The position numbers and the translations under genes were made by a program. A DNA stretch of 64,000 nucleotides, from the IMG/VR virus record IMGVR_UViG_3300029913_000012, positions 1 to 64,000 of that record; one strand, written 5' to 3'. The DNA comes from a virus. Its lineage: Duplodnaviria; Caudoviricetes. Under the pieces are notes generated by a model. That model was not told the origin of the DNA. It saw only the letters and a program-made list of their open reading frames with translations, and did not search any database. The stretch's first letter is position 1. Each line of letters opens with the position of its first letter. Shown piece by piece: positions 1 to 9,534 of the stretch.

Positions 1-127
1 ATCTTAACCAAACGGTTGGAAGAATTAAAAACCGATCCAACCAAGACCTCGTAAAAAAGGAGCGAATCAGTAAGATTTTAACCAAATAAAAACTTATAAG
101 TAAGTTTGAGTAAGATTTTATAATCGG
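1..127 (+). mobile_element. probable right end (omega-RNA region) of an IS607/TnpB-type element
   Basis: CAAAC followed by hairpin GGTTGGA...TCCAACC, then GACCTCG..AAAAGGA; direct repeat TAAGATTTTA at 71-80 and 111-120; ends ...AATCGG directly against a start-less NUDIX frame. Confidence 0.5.
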
Positions 128-531
128 GAAATTATGGAGCAGGCGCTATAGTATTATCCAAAAAAACCAAAAGATTTTTATTAAATTATAGATCTAAATA
201 TGTTAATGAACCTCATACATATGGATTATGGGGAGGTAAAGTTGAAGATGAAGATAGTATTGAGTCTACTGTTTTATGTGAATTATATGAAGAATCCAAT
301 TATAATGGTATAATTGTTGATTTAATACCTCTTTTTGTGTTTATAAATAAAAATAAAACTTTTGAATATCATAATTTTTTAACTATTATAGAAGATGAAT
401 TTACTCCAAAATTGAATTGGGAATCAGAATGTTATAAATGGGTAACATTTGATGAATTACTAAAATTAAATAAAAAACATCCAGGATTAGAATTATTATT
501 AAAAGATAATAATAGTATAAAAAATAATTAA
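124..531 (+). pseudogene. NUDIX hydrolase, 5'-interrupted (3' portion only)
   Basis: Open frame from 124 after the TAA at 121 reads SGNYGAGAIVLSKKTKRFLL...YGLWGGKVEDEDSIESTVLCELYEES (Nudix-box-like). There is no start codon before the box; the listed ORF 337..531 is only its tail. Confidence 0.75.
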
Positions 532-544
532 AAATAAGATTTAA

Positions 545-1063
545 ATGAGTTATATTGTAGTTGATGTTGAATCGGATGGTCCATTATTAGGTGAAAACTC
601 AATGATTTGTTTCGGTGCAGTAATAGTTGAACCAAGTTTAACTAAAACATTTTATGGTAAAACAAAACCAATTTCTAATATTTACAATGCTGAATCCCTT
701 GCAATTAGTGGATTTTCGAGAGATGAACACGAAACTTTTGATGATCCAGAAAATGTAATGATAGAATTTACTAAATGGATTTCAGAAAATTCAAAAGGAA
801 GACCAATTTTAATATCAGATAACAATAGTTACGATTTTTCATGGATAAATTGGTATATTATTAAATATACAGGTAGTAATCCATTTGGTTGGTCCAGTCG
901 TAGAATAGGAGATTTATTTTGTGGAGCAGAACACAATTTATATTACAAATGGAAAAAACATAGAAAAACTGAACATAATCATAATCCTGTTTTTGATTGT
1001 ATTGGAAACGCTGAAGCTCTTCTATATTTTTTTGAACATAATAATATTAAAATACCAAAATAA
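545..1063 (+). CDS. DEDDh 3'-5' exonuclease
   Basis: VVDVESDGP (ExoI), NSYD (ExoII), HNPVFD (ExoIII). Confidence 0.85.
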   Translation: MSYIVVDVESDGPLLGENSMICFGAVIVEPSLTKTFYGKTKPISNIYNAESLAISGFSRDEHETFDDPENVMIEFTKWISENSKGRPILISDNNSYDFSWINWYIIKYTGSNPFGWSSRRIGDLFCGAEHNLYYKWKKHRKTEHNHNPVFDCIGNAEALLYFFEHNNIKIPK

Positions 1064-1065
1064 AT

Positions 1066-1506
1066 ATGTCAGTTAGAATATACGATGAATTACTAGGTAA
1101 AGTTATAATAAAAATAGAATTAGTTAGAGATAATACTAAAACAGATGATTTAATTAGATTTTATTTATCTAATGGCGAGATATATGATCAATATCATGAA
1201 AATGATTGTTGTGAATGCGTTAGAATTGAGGATATAAATGGTGATTTAAATGATTTACGATTTGATCCATTATTACAAGCAGAAGAAACTACACAAAATG
1301 ATCCAGATGCATCAGAATCTGGTACTTGGACATTTTACAAATTTGCAACAAAAAATGGTTATGTTACAATACGTTGGTATGGTTCATCAAATGGATATTA
1401 TAGTGAAACTTCTAGTATAAATAAAAGTGATGATAGTATATCAATTAAAGAATTAAGAGATTATAAATTATGTAAAATAGAAGAAATAAAAAAAGAGTCA
1501 AATTAA
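1066..1506 (+). CDS. conserved phage hypothetical protein
   Basis: HENDCCECV, WTFYKFAT and RWYGSSNGYYSE motifs; C-terminal R-x-x-K-L tag. Confidence 0.6.
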   Translation: MSVRIYDELLGKVIIKIELVRDNTKTDDLIRFYLSNGEIYDQYHENDCCECVRIEDINGDLNDLRFDPLLQAEETTQNDPDASESGTWTFYKFATKNGYVTIRWYGSSNGYYSETSSINKSDDSISIKELRDYKLCKIEEIKKESN

Positions 1507-1520
1507 ATTGACTCTTTTTT
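1489..1520. terminator. bidirectional intrinsic terminator
   Basis: AAAAAAGAGTCAA-loop-TTGACTCTTTTTT between convergent genes. Confidence 0.75.
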
Positions 1521-1523
1521 TAT

Positions 1524-2291
1524 TTATATTATTAATTCTAATGCAATTAATAATGTAGTATTTTTATTATCAATTAATATAAAATTATCAAAAACATATA
1601 CTGTTATTGAATCCTCAGTAAAAGTTATAGATTTGAAATATTTTTTAGGAAATGTTATATTTAATTCATCATGATCAAGTTCACATATTTCAAGATCCCA
1701 TCCATTTTCACCAATAGTAAGTCTATTATCTATAATATTCAATGTTAAAATATCATTTTCATTATCTATATCTCCAATTTTTTTTATTTTAGTGAAAGAA
1801 TTCTTATCAAGAGAAAATTGAAAATCAATTAAATTTTTATCTGTAATATTACCTATCATTGTCATGTCAATATTGGTATTTACTGCACGACAATCTCCAC
1901 CTATAATACTCAATTTTAATTTTGAATTTTTTAATTTTAAATTGTCAACATATGTATCATCATTCATAAAAAATTCACATTTAATATCATCTTGATAATC
2001 TAAATAATTTTTTAATGTTGTTTCAAATTTCTTAGCATTAACTATGATAAATCTTATTTCTTTTTCTATATCCGAACTAAATGAAAAAATTTCATCAGTT
2101 TTAAATATAAAAGATTTAAATGCATTAATGTTATTTTTTTCACCTACTGCAGCATATAATAAAATATTTTCTTTATCAATCTTCAATAGAATTTCATTGT
2201 CTATCGCAGTTAAATCATGAACCTTATCTAAGAAAAATGCTAATTGTGTTAAATTCATTGAGAATTTATAAGAATCTAATTTTGCTGTCAT
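1524..2291 (-). CDS. putative DNA sliding clamp (gp45-like)
   Basis: 255 aa, acidic, alpha/beta pattern; shares a promoter motif with the clamp loader gene; divergent. Confidence 0.5.
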   Translation of the reverse strand: MTAKLDSYKFSMNLTQLAFFLDKVHDLTAIDNEILLKIDKENILLYAAVGEKNNINAFKSFIFKTDEIFSFSSDIEKEIRFIIVNAKKFETTLKNYLDYQDDIKCEFFMNDDTYVDNLKLKNSKLKLSIIGGDCRAVNTNIDMTMIGNITDKNLIDFQFSLDKNSFTKIKKIGDIDNENDILTLNIIDNRLTIGENGWDLEICELDHDELNITFPKKYFKSITFTEDSITVYVFDNFILIDNKNTTLLIALELII

Positions 2292-2361
2292 TTATATTTG
2301 AGTTTAATTTATCTAATATATAATTATTTTGAAATATTGTTTATTAAAAATATAAAATTAT

Positions 2362-4542
2362 TTATCTTCCAGGATATCTTGAACCAGAAAGAGTTGGATT
2401 TTTTCTGTATATTCTATTATGGGCTCCAATTATACCAGTAGTATTTTCTGACATACTTGTAATATTTTCAACATATCTTAACATATCTCCTTGAATATTA
2501 TTATTAACATATAATTCTATTAAGTTTTTATATCCAATATTATCAAAGCATGTGGATAGTGTTATCGTTGTCATTACAACATCATCATGTCCGCTCTCAG
2601 CTTTGTATGTAACCAGTCCAGAAGGTGTCTCATGCTTACTAAAAGTGGTAATTTCCTTTATATTTATCTCACTATGTAATATCATCTTTTTATTTCTAAT
2701 AGACTGCTGAAATTCCTTATCAATAATCAAATGCTTATCTTTACTTAATTTCATACCTATCTTTCCTACAGCATCTTCCCTGTTATGCTTATATCTCAAA
2801 AATACTGAATTAGAATAATTATTCTTACCATCAAATACATTAGGTAAATGAGCTAATAATTCAGAGCCATATGTATTATATTCAAGCACAATTTTAGTTT
2901 TTTCAGGATCAAACAATTCAAACGCAATTAAATATAATATATGCGCAATTTCTCTAATAGAATATAAATTGTTTCTGAATAATCCTATTTGCTCAAGCTT
3001 AAATAAATCTTGTAAATTATCATAATGATATTTTTCTATTTCATTTTTATCTCGTAACGCTAATCTGAATATGTTTATAACAGAATAATCCTTTGCTAAA
3101 CCTTCTGATAAATCGACTGATATTACAGTATAATATTCCTTAGCCCTATTAACATTAAATAAATTTAAATCTTTTACAAATTTTAATGAATCATATGGAA
3201 TTTTAAATTTTTCAAATTGATTAATATTAATATTATCAAATGAAATTTGATTACTCTTTAATAAATCTATGGTATCTTTATTAAATAAAATTTTATCTCC
3301 TGTGACAAAATGTAAACCATATTCTTGATCAAATTTATCTGACGATAATAATAATTTAGTCTCCTCTTCCTGCCAATTACTAACAACAGCAAGTTCAGGT
3401 AAAGGAATACCATTTATCCTTATCTTTCTTATATTATCTATGTGAGTTTTCTCATTCTTAATGTCATACGTAACACAATCAAACATATCCTCTCCTATAC
3501 GCTTCTTGTATAAAGTAATATCATATTTATCCCTTATCTCACGCAACACAGTGGATTTAGCTAAATTAAATTTCTTTAATTTTGCATCCATCATCTTAAT
3601 CTTTGTATCCTCCCTACCTGGAACCTGAGTCCATAAAACCCTCATAGCCTTATACGGATTCTTTAAAGGATCATCCTCTGGTAATTCTGCATTGGTAAAT
3701 AACTCCCAAAACATATTATAACCATTTGGAGTTGATGTTATTACTATATGAGAATTATTAACAGAAGATACAACTGGTATAATAGCTCCATAATAATCTC
3801 TGATGAAATTGTCTGGAATATGTGCAAACTCATCAAGATAAAGGAAATCTATAGTAAATCCGATCGAGGGATCCTTGGTTCTATTTTCTGTTTGTATTCT
3901 TGAATTATTTTCAAATGCTATCTGAGTTTCATTCCAGTTAGTTACTCCTTTTTTAAGAAAGAAAGGTACTAATTTATAAATATCTTTTATTTTTCTTATG
4001 ATTTCTTTTACTGTTTTTCCTTTATTCGCAACTACCATACATCCTTTATCATCATTAAATAACACGAAATGAAGAAGCACAATGGCTGCGGAAACAGTAT
4101 TATGTGAAAGTATATCATTTGTATAGTAACTCATTTCTGGTGTATCTATAGATAAATCAAACATACTCACTTTAGTTTTTAATTTGGTGATTTTTTTAAC
4201 TTTACTTTCACCTTTTTTAGTTAAAATATAATCATCTGTAGTTAAATCTATTAACATTTTTATTTCATGATCTTTACAATATATTGTATGTGTATCAGCG
4301 CATTCTAACCATAATTCATTTTCTAATTCTAATCTATATCTTTGAAATGGTTGAGTGATATTCATTTCTGTGACTGGTACGAATCCGTAATCTGTTTCTA
4401 CTAATATTTCTTTATCAAGGAATATCGTATTAACAAATTTCTTCATTATATCTTCTTCATTTGGATTAAAATTTCTAAATTCATATTTTTCAATTAATTG
4501 AATTATGAAATATATTATATTTTTTATAAACTCTTTAATCAT
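2362..4542 (-). CDS. terL: terminase large subunit, C-terminal part, fused to split-intein C-fragment
   Basis: Intein ends ...YYTNDILSHN|T; Walker B LYLDEFAH; ITSTPNG; nuclease motifs VDLSEG..DYS and GHDDVV. Confidence 0.95.
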   Translation of the reverse strand: MIKEFIKNIIYFIIQLIEKYEFRNFNPNEEDIMKKFVNTIFLDKEILVETDYGFVPVTEMNITQPFQRYRLELENELWLECADTHTIYCKDHEIKMLIDLTTDDYILTKKGESKVKKITKLKTKVSMFDLSIDTPEMSYYTNDILSHNTVSAAIVLLHFVLFNDDKGCMVVANKGKTVKEIIRKIKDIYKLVPFFLKKGVTNWNETQIAFENNSRIQTENRTKDPSIGFTIDFLYLDEFAHIPDNFIRDYYGAIIPVVSSVNNSHIVITSTPNGYNMFWELFTNAELPEDDPLKNPYKAMRVLWTQVPGREDTKIKMMDAKLKKFNLAKSTVLREIRDKYDITLYKKRIGEDMFDCVTYDIKNEKTHIDNIRKIRINGIPLPELAVVSNWQEEETKLLLSSDKFDQEYGLHFVTGDKILFNKDTIDLLKSNQISFDNININQFEKFKIPYDSLKFVKDLNLFNVNRAKEYYTVISVDLSEGLAKDYSVINIFRLALRDKNEIEKYHYDNLQDLFKLEQIGLFRNNLYSIREIAHILYLIAFELFDPEKTKIVLEYNTYGSELLAHLPNVFDGKNNYSNSVFLRYKHNREDAVGKIGMKLSKDKHLIIDKEFQQSIRNKKMILHSEINIKEITTFSKHETPSGLVTYKAESGHDDVVMTTITLSTCFDNIGYKNLIELYVNNNIQGDMLRYVENITSMSENTTGIIGAHNRIYRKNPTLSGSRYPGR
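4099..4542 (-). other. split intein C-fragment (148 aa, contains blocks B, F and G)
   Basis: VETDYGF, LECADTH (block B), MFDLSI (block F), SHN followed by Thr+1. Confidence 0.9.
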
Positions 4543-5887
4543 TATTTTTAATTAATTTTATATATCCACAATCACATATATATGGTAAATTTGATTTTTC
4601 GTTATATTTATATCTATTTCCATTTTTTATATTCCATTTTTTTGGAGGAAATACATCTGAAATATGATATTTTTCTAAAATATTATTATTTAAATATGAT
4701 GATTCGATTTTAATATTATTTAAATCAGATAAAATATTATCATCATTTAAATATTCTATTATCATTTTTTTAATATTTTTATTGTTATTTGTCCAATCAT
4801 CTTCCCAAATATGAATAACTTGAATTCCTTTATTTATACAATTTAATGTTTTATTAAAATGATAATTATCGTCTTTATAAATATTACTATGCCAATATAA
4901 TCCATTAAATTCAAATGCTAAATTTAATTTTGGTATTAAAATATCCAATTCTTTACCTAATAATATTTTTCTATCGTTTTCAATAATATCATCATTATAA
5001 TTTTCTCTAATAAAATTAAGCAATTCTTTTTCTTTTATTGAAGATAATGTATTTTCTGGATAACAAATAGTACAAGTATTTATATTATGAGAGATTCTAT
5101 TATGAAATAATTTAATATCAATTTCATAATTATGATTTTTTTTACATTTACAACAATATATTGATTTTAAATAATCAACACTATTTATAAACTTATATTT
5201 TATTAATAATTTTTCGATATGATATATTTGAATATTATCTTTATGAGTAGGCAATTTAGAAACATTATCTACATTATATCTTTCAAAATTAGTCCCTTTA
5301 ATTTTTATTAAATTATTAAAAAATGGATTTCCATATTTAATCATTTTAGTATCTTTACATTTTTCTTGAATATCTATATTTTGTGCAGGTCTATTTACTC
5401 CATATTTTTTTAAGTTTGTAATATTAGATTTTTCTAAAATTAATTTATTTTGTTGTGGATAATCTACTCCATATTTTTCTTGATTTGTACTTTTTATTTT
5501 TTCTTTAAATTCATCAAATTGAAATGTATTTTCTACCCCATATTTATCAATGTTTGTTTGTTTTAATTTATTATAAATATTCTCATTTTGTAATGGAGAT
5601 TCATAACCATATCTATTTATATTAGTTATTTTTGCTTTTATATTAGAACATTTCTTACAAGTGTAAAAATTTTGATTTTTAATATTTTTATTATATTTTT
5701 GAAATGATATATCATGTTCTTCTTTGCATTTATCGCATATTGCTGTTATTCTTGAATGTGAATTCAAAGGTAAATCTTTTATTTTTATATTAATATTATC
5801 TCCTACTTTACAGTCATATCCTAAGTTTAGATATTTATTTACATTTCTACCGACGATATTTACATTAATTTCTTTTTCTTTAATCAT
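4535..5887 (-). CDS. free-standing homing-endonuclease-like protein (Zn finger, KYG repeats, Vsr-like domain)
   Basis: CDKC/CKKC, repeated T-N-x-x-K-Y-G-V, ELDI..LAFEFNGLYWH..IHIWEDDW. Confidence 0.75.
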   Translation of the reverse strand: MIKEKEINVNIVGRNVNKYLNLGYDCKVGDNINIKIKDLPLNSHSRITAICDKCKEEHDISFQKYNKNIKNQNFYTCKKCSNIKAKITNINRYGYESPLQNENIYNKLKQTNIDKYGVENTFQFDEFKEKIKSTNQEKYGVDYPQQNKLILEKSNITNLKKYGVNRPAQNIDIQEKCKDTKMIKYGNPFFNNLIKIKGTNFERYNVDNVSKLPTHKDNIQIYHIEKLLIKYKFINSVDYLKSIYCCKCKKNHNYEIDIKLFHNRISHNINTCTICYPENTLSSIKEKELLNFIRENYNDDIIENDRKILLGKELDILIPKLNLAFEFNGLYWHSNIYKDDNYHFNKTLNCINKGIQVIHIWEDDWTNNNKNIKKMIIEYLNDDNILSDLNNIKIESSYLNNNILEKYHISDVFPPKKWNIKNGNRYKYNEKSNLPYICDCGYIKLIKNND

Positions 5888-5970
5888 ATTTAGTATATAT
5901 AAAAAAAGAGTAATCTGATTTATTTATAAAAATTAACTAATAATTATGTTATTATTTGGAAATTAATTAT

Positions 5971-5978
5971 TATATTTG
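5971..5978 (+). promoter_or_regulatory. Bacteroidota-type -7 promoter box TAnnTTTG
   Basis: TATATTTG upstream of ORF 6026; similar boxes at 60874-60881 (-) and 60987-60994 (+). Confidence 0.5.
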
Positions 5979-6025
5979 TATTAAACAAAACGGTTAAAAA
6001 TAATATATAATTAAAAAATATCAAT

Positions 6026-7033
6026 ATGTCAAAAAATAAATATAAATATTATTTGTGTTACATTGATTCACAAAACCTAGATTTTATAGAATCTGAAGAG
6101 CAGTATACTTTACAAGATTTATATGATTTTAGTATTCATTTTTTGAATGATATACCGGATATTTATGGTACTACATCATTTACTGATAAATTAATAAAAT
6201 CTTCATTAAATTATAATAAATTAGGTGATTTAATTGATGATTACATTTTCAATGTTGATGAAGATGATTTATCAGAAATGATAGAAAATGCAGAAAAATT
6301 AGGTGATGAAGATCCTACATTATCAAGATTTGAAACATTATTGGATAATGATTTTATTATATTTAGAAATGATATAAAAACAAATAAATTTGAATTAGTA
6401 GATATAGACACTATTATAAACACGTACAATAATATGTTTAATAGCTCAAATGATGAAATAGATTTGAATGAATATGATAATATTTTAACTAATGATATTA
6501 TTTCAACTAATAAAATTTTAAATTTTGATGATAATTTTGATGAATTTATAAATTTGATTGAATCTAAGATAGAGAGCACTACAGCACATTTTACAATGTC
6601 ATATGATCATCCAAAATATAAAAATTCATCATATGATATTTGTATAATGAAAAAAGATTCAAATATTCACAAAAAATTTTTAAAAGAGATAAAAAATGTA
6701 GAATTAAGTAGTAGTGAAAATGGGTTTATATATGAAAATACATTCTTAAATTTAAAACTATTAATTTACTCATTAATAGAAAAAAATGTTATAATAGGCG
6801 CCACATTTAGTGTACCAACGTCAGATATATCTTTATATAAAAAATCAGGTAAAAATACATTTTTCAAAAAATATGGGTTTTTACTTAGAAATGAAAATAA
6901 TAAATTTACATATACACAACTTAATGCAAATGATGTATATATTTCATATGTAACTAATTCTAAGCCAGATAAATATGAAATATATTGTGGAGTTAAAGAT
7001 GATGATATTATTTGTGGATTTGATAAAATGTAA
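6026..7033 (+). CDS. hypothetical acidic protein
   Basis: 335 aa ORF, no recognised motif. Confidence 0.6.
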   Translation: MSKNKYKYYLCYIDSQNLDFIESEEQYTLQDLYDFSIHFLNDIPDIYGTTSFTDKLIKSSLNYNKLGDLIDDYIFNVDEDDLSEMIENAEKLGDEDPTLSRFETLLDNDFIIFRNDIKTNKFELVDIDTIINTYNNMFNSSNDEIDLNEYDNILTNDIISTNKILNFDDNFDEFINLIESKIESTTAHFTMSYDHPKYKNSSYDICIMKKDSNIHKKFLKEIKNVELSSSENGFIYENTFLNLKLLIYSLIEKNVIIGATFSVPTSDISLYKKSGKNTFFKKYGFLLRNENNKFTYTQLNANDVYISYVTNSKPDKYEIYCGVKDDDIICGFDKM

Positions 7034-7071
7034 ATAAACTTTTTAAAAAAGTACTACTATATTATTAAAAT

Positions 7072-7142
7072 GCAGTGATAGCATATGTTAATGTATTCAG
7101 CGTCCAGTTGGAGAATCCTGTTCAAATCAGGTCACTTGCTCA
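7072..7142 (+). tRNA. degenerate tRNA-Gly(TCC)-like element
   Basis: Acceptor GCAGTGA/TCACTTGC with a bulge; T-arm CCTG-TTCAAAT-CAGG; anticodon arm TTCAG-CGTCCAG-TTGGA; weak D-arm. Confidence 0.55.
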
Positions 7143-7181
7143 AATCTAATAATATAGTTAGATTAATTTATTATTAAATAT

Positions 7182-7952
7182 ATGAGTTATGATAATTATT
7201 TTAATCATTATTTTTATGATGATGATTATGATGATGAGAAAATTGAAAAATTATATCAACTACGTCATCAAATTAATGTTTTTGGATTTAATGCTATTGT
7301 TAAAAAATTAAGAGTCAAACGAGATAGATTAATAATATTATATGAATCTAATATTCATGGTTCCAATAATGTATCTGATTTATTATATATAAATGATCAT
7401 GATTTTAAAAATAGAATTAATATTCTTAAAGATGAAGCAAATAAACTAATTAAATCTAAAGAATTTACTAACATAAAAAATAATGAACTGGTTCAACAAT
7501 TGAAATATAATAGAGATAATTTCTGTAATATTGGAACGAATAAAATCAAAAGGAGATTAAATAAAATATCAAAATATGATATTTTTGCAAAAGCAATTAG
7601 ATTGTTATTAGAAATTGAAGATACTAATATTCAAGCTAAAAAATATCATGGTGAATATTCAAATAGAAATTATATTAAAAAATCTAAAATGATATCAGAA
7701 TTGATAGAGTTATTTAAAACTAATAATTGGAAAGTTGGATATCACAATTCTGATAATAATATAAAATTTATAATATTTTTTGACCTACCTGGTTGTGAAC
7801 AAATATCATTTCATAATAATAACAAATTTAATATAGATAAATATGAAAATAAGTGGGATGAAAAAATAAACTCAACATTACAAAAATTAGAAACTGTGAT
7901 AATGAACAAATATCCAGAAATTATAATTTATAAAAATAAAAAAGAAGACTAA
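7182..7952 (+). CDS. hypothetical phage protein
   Basis: C-terminal FDLPGCEQISFH...KWD motif seen in phage proteins. Confidence 0.6.
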   Translation: MSYDNYFNHYFYDDDYDDEKIEKLYQLRHQINVFGFNAIVKKLRVKRDRLIILYESNIHGSNNVSDLLYINDHDFKNRINILKDEANKLIKSKEFTNIKNNELVQQLKYNRDNFCNIGTNKIKRRLNKISKYDIFAKAIRLLLEIEDTNIQAKKYHGEYSNRNYIKKSKMISELIELFKTNNWKVGYHNSDNNIKFIIFFDLPGCEQISFHNNNKFNIDKYENKWDEKINSTLQKLETVIMNKYPEIIIYKNKKED

Positions 7953-7967
7953 ATAGTCTTCTTTTTT
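7938..7967. terminator. bidirectional terminator
   Basis: AAAAAAGAAGACTA-AA-TAGTCTTCTTTTTT. Confidence 0.75.
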
Positions 7968-7971
7968 ATTT

Positions 7972-8955
7972 TTATAAATTTAAATATTTTTTACACTTTT
8001 CTAAAGTATTAATTTTTTGACTCTTATATTCTGAATCCCATATAATTAGCATATCAAATCCATTTTTTTCTGCAATTTTTCTTTTTCTTTCATCTTTATT
8101 CCAAATTTCTTGAGCAGTCATATCTTTTATAAAAGGATGTGGAAAATCATTAGGTTCAAATATATTTGGATTTGCATGATATTGATCACCATTATATTCT
8201 ATTATTTTTTTATTTTTTAAATCTACAAAATCATATAACCAAACTCCTCCATTTTCTTTTTCTAATCTATATTCTTGATTTTTTGTAGCAAAATATACCT
8301 GTTCTTTATTTTCAAACGTATAATATTCTAATATAAAATTAAAAAGAACTTGAGATATATTTGAATAACCATATTTTAAATTTCCGTTCTTTAATAATGA
8401 GTCTTGCCATTTATCTTGTCTCTCAGTATATATTCTCTTACCTTCAATTTCTCCATATTTTTGAATACATATTTCTAATGTAAATGTAGTTTGTCTTTTT
8501 TTTAATTTTAATAACGCATCTTCTTCAGAATATCCTTTATTAATCCAATAATCTAATCTAACTTCATATGTTTTTTTATCACAAACTTCTTTAATAAACA
8601 ATTTTAAAGTTTTTTCTCTTTTTTTCTCAGTTAATTTTGAATATTTAATAAAATTATTAGAAAATGGAGATCTCGACTTTCTCTGTTCTAATGTAGTATT
8701 CAATTTACTATTTGGATTTTTATCTCCTTTTATTTTTTCAGAAAACATAATTTTATATTTTTCTTCTTTCATATGTTTTCCACTATTTTTTGATGTATTT
8801 TTATTATCACTTTCAGTATATAATGGTTCTCCAGGAAACATTTTTTTATATTCTTCAGATGTTATATTATGAGATTTTAGATGCCTACCATATATTCTTT
8901 TTGATTTAAACCCACAAACTTTACAAACTACAAATTCATCTTTTTCTTCTTTCAT
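7972..8955 (-). CDS. homing-endonuclease-like protein (Zn finger plus Vsr-like domain)
   Basis: CKVC..HLKSH; YDF..IIEYNGDQYHANP..IIWDSE. Confidence 0.75.
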   Translation of the reverse strand: MKEEKDEFVVCKVCGFKSKRIYGRHLKSHNITSEEYKKMFPGEPLYTESDNKNTSKNSGKHMKEEKYKIMFSEKIKGDKNPNSKLNTTLEQRKSRSPFSNNFIKYSKLTEKKREKTLKLFIKEVCDKKTYEVRLDYWINKGYSEEDALLKLKKRQTTFTLEICIQKYGEIEGKRIYTERQDKWQDSLLKNGNLKYGYSNISQVLFNFILEYYTFENKEQVYFATKNQEYRLEKENGGVWLYDFVDLKNKKIIEYNGDQYHANPNIFEPNDFPHPFIKDMTAQEIWNKDERKRKIAEKNGFDMLIIWDSEYKSQKINTLEKCKKYLNL

Positions 8956-9009
8956 TTTTTATTTTTATATATAAATAAAACATGGTCGCTTTTAGACAAA
9001 TAGGAAAAC

Positions 9010-9519
9010 TTATGATAATATACATATTATCTTATATAATAATATTTTAATTTTTTCAATCAGAGTTAATTTTCTTTCTTTTTTTAATTCATTATAATAT
9101 AATATTCCAATTGGAATATTTATAATTTTTCCATTAAATTCAATATTAGTTAAAGTACTGAAAGTCAGACACTTACCAGTTTGCCGGCTTGCCATTAGTA
9201 TACTTCTTGGATTTTTTGTATAAAGGTCAATAATATCTTTTTGATAATCACGAAGAGTCATAGGACCAATTGATCCATCTTCTCTTTTTATTTGACAATA
9301 ATGTTCAGCAAAATATTGAACATTTATTTTACATTTTATATATTCTTCAAATTCAAGTTCGGTCATAGCAAATGTTAAATTTGCTTTACGAATTCCTCTC
9401 ATATTAGAGAACCAAAGTTTTTCGAATCTAGTTAAACGTTTACCTAAATTTTCTCTTGTTGTTATATCGTTAACAAGTTCAGTTGTTAATATAAAATCTT
9501 CGTTTTTTTGTTCAGCCAT
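9010..9519 (-). CDS. terL: terminase large subunit, N-terminal part, fused to split-intein N-fragment
   Basis: YFAEHY, LRDYQ (Q motif), Walker A SRQTGK directly followed by CLTFST (intein block A). Confidence 0.95.
   Translation of the reverse strand: MAEQKNEDFILTTELVNDITTRENLGKRLTRFEKLWFSNMRGIRKANLTFAMTELEFEEYIKCKINVQYFAEHYCQIKREDGSIGPMTLRDYQKDIIDLYTKNPRSILMASRQTGKCLTFSTLTNIEFNGKIINIPIGILYYNELKKERKLTLIEKIKILLYKIICILS
9013..9171 (-). other. split intein N-fragment (53 aa)
   Basis: Cys1 codon at 9171-9169; CLTFSTLTNI...IPIGILY, then a helical tail. Confidence 0.88.
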
Positions 9520-9534
9520 AATTCATAATTTTTT

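Noticed and set aside
4543-9009. Group I/II intron joining the terminase halves
   Set aside because: No intron core recognised; both halves carry complementary intein blocks and their own start and stop codons, so protein trans-splicing explains the split
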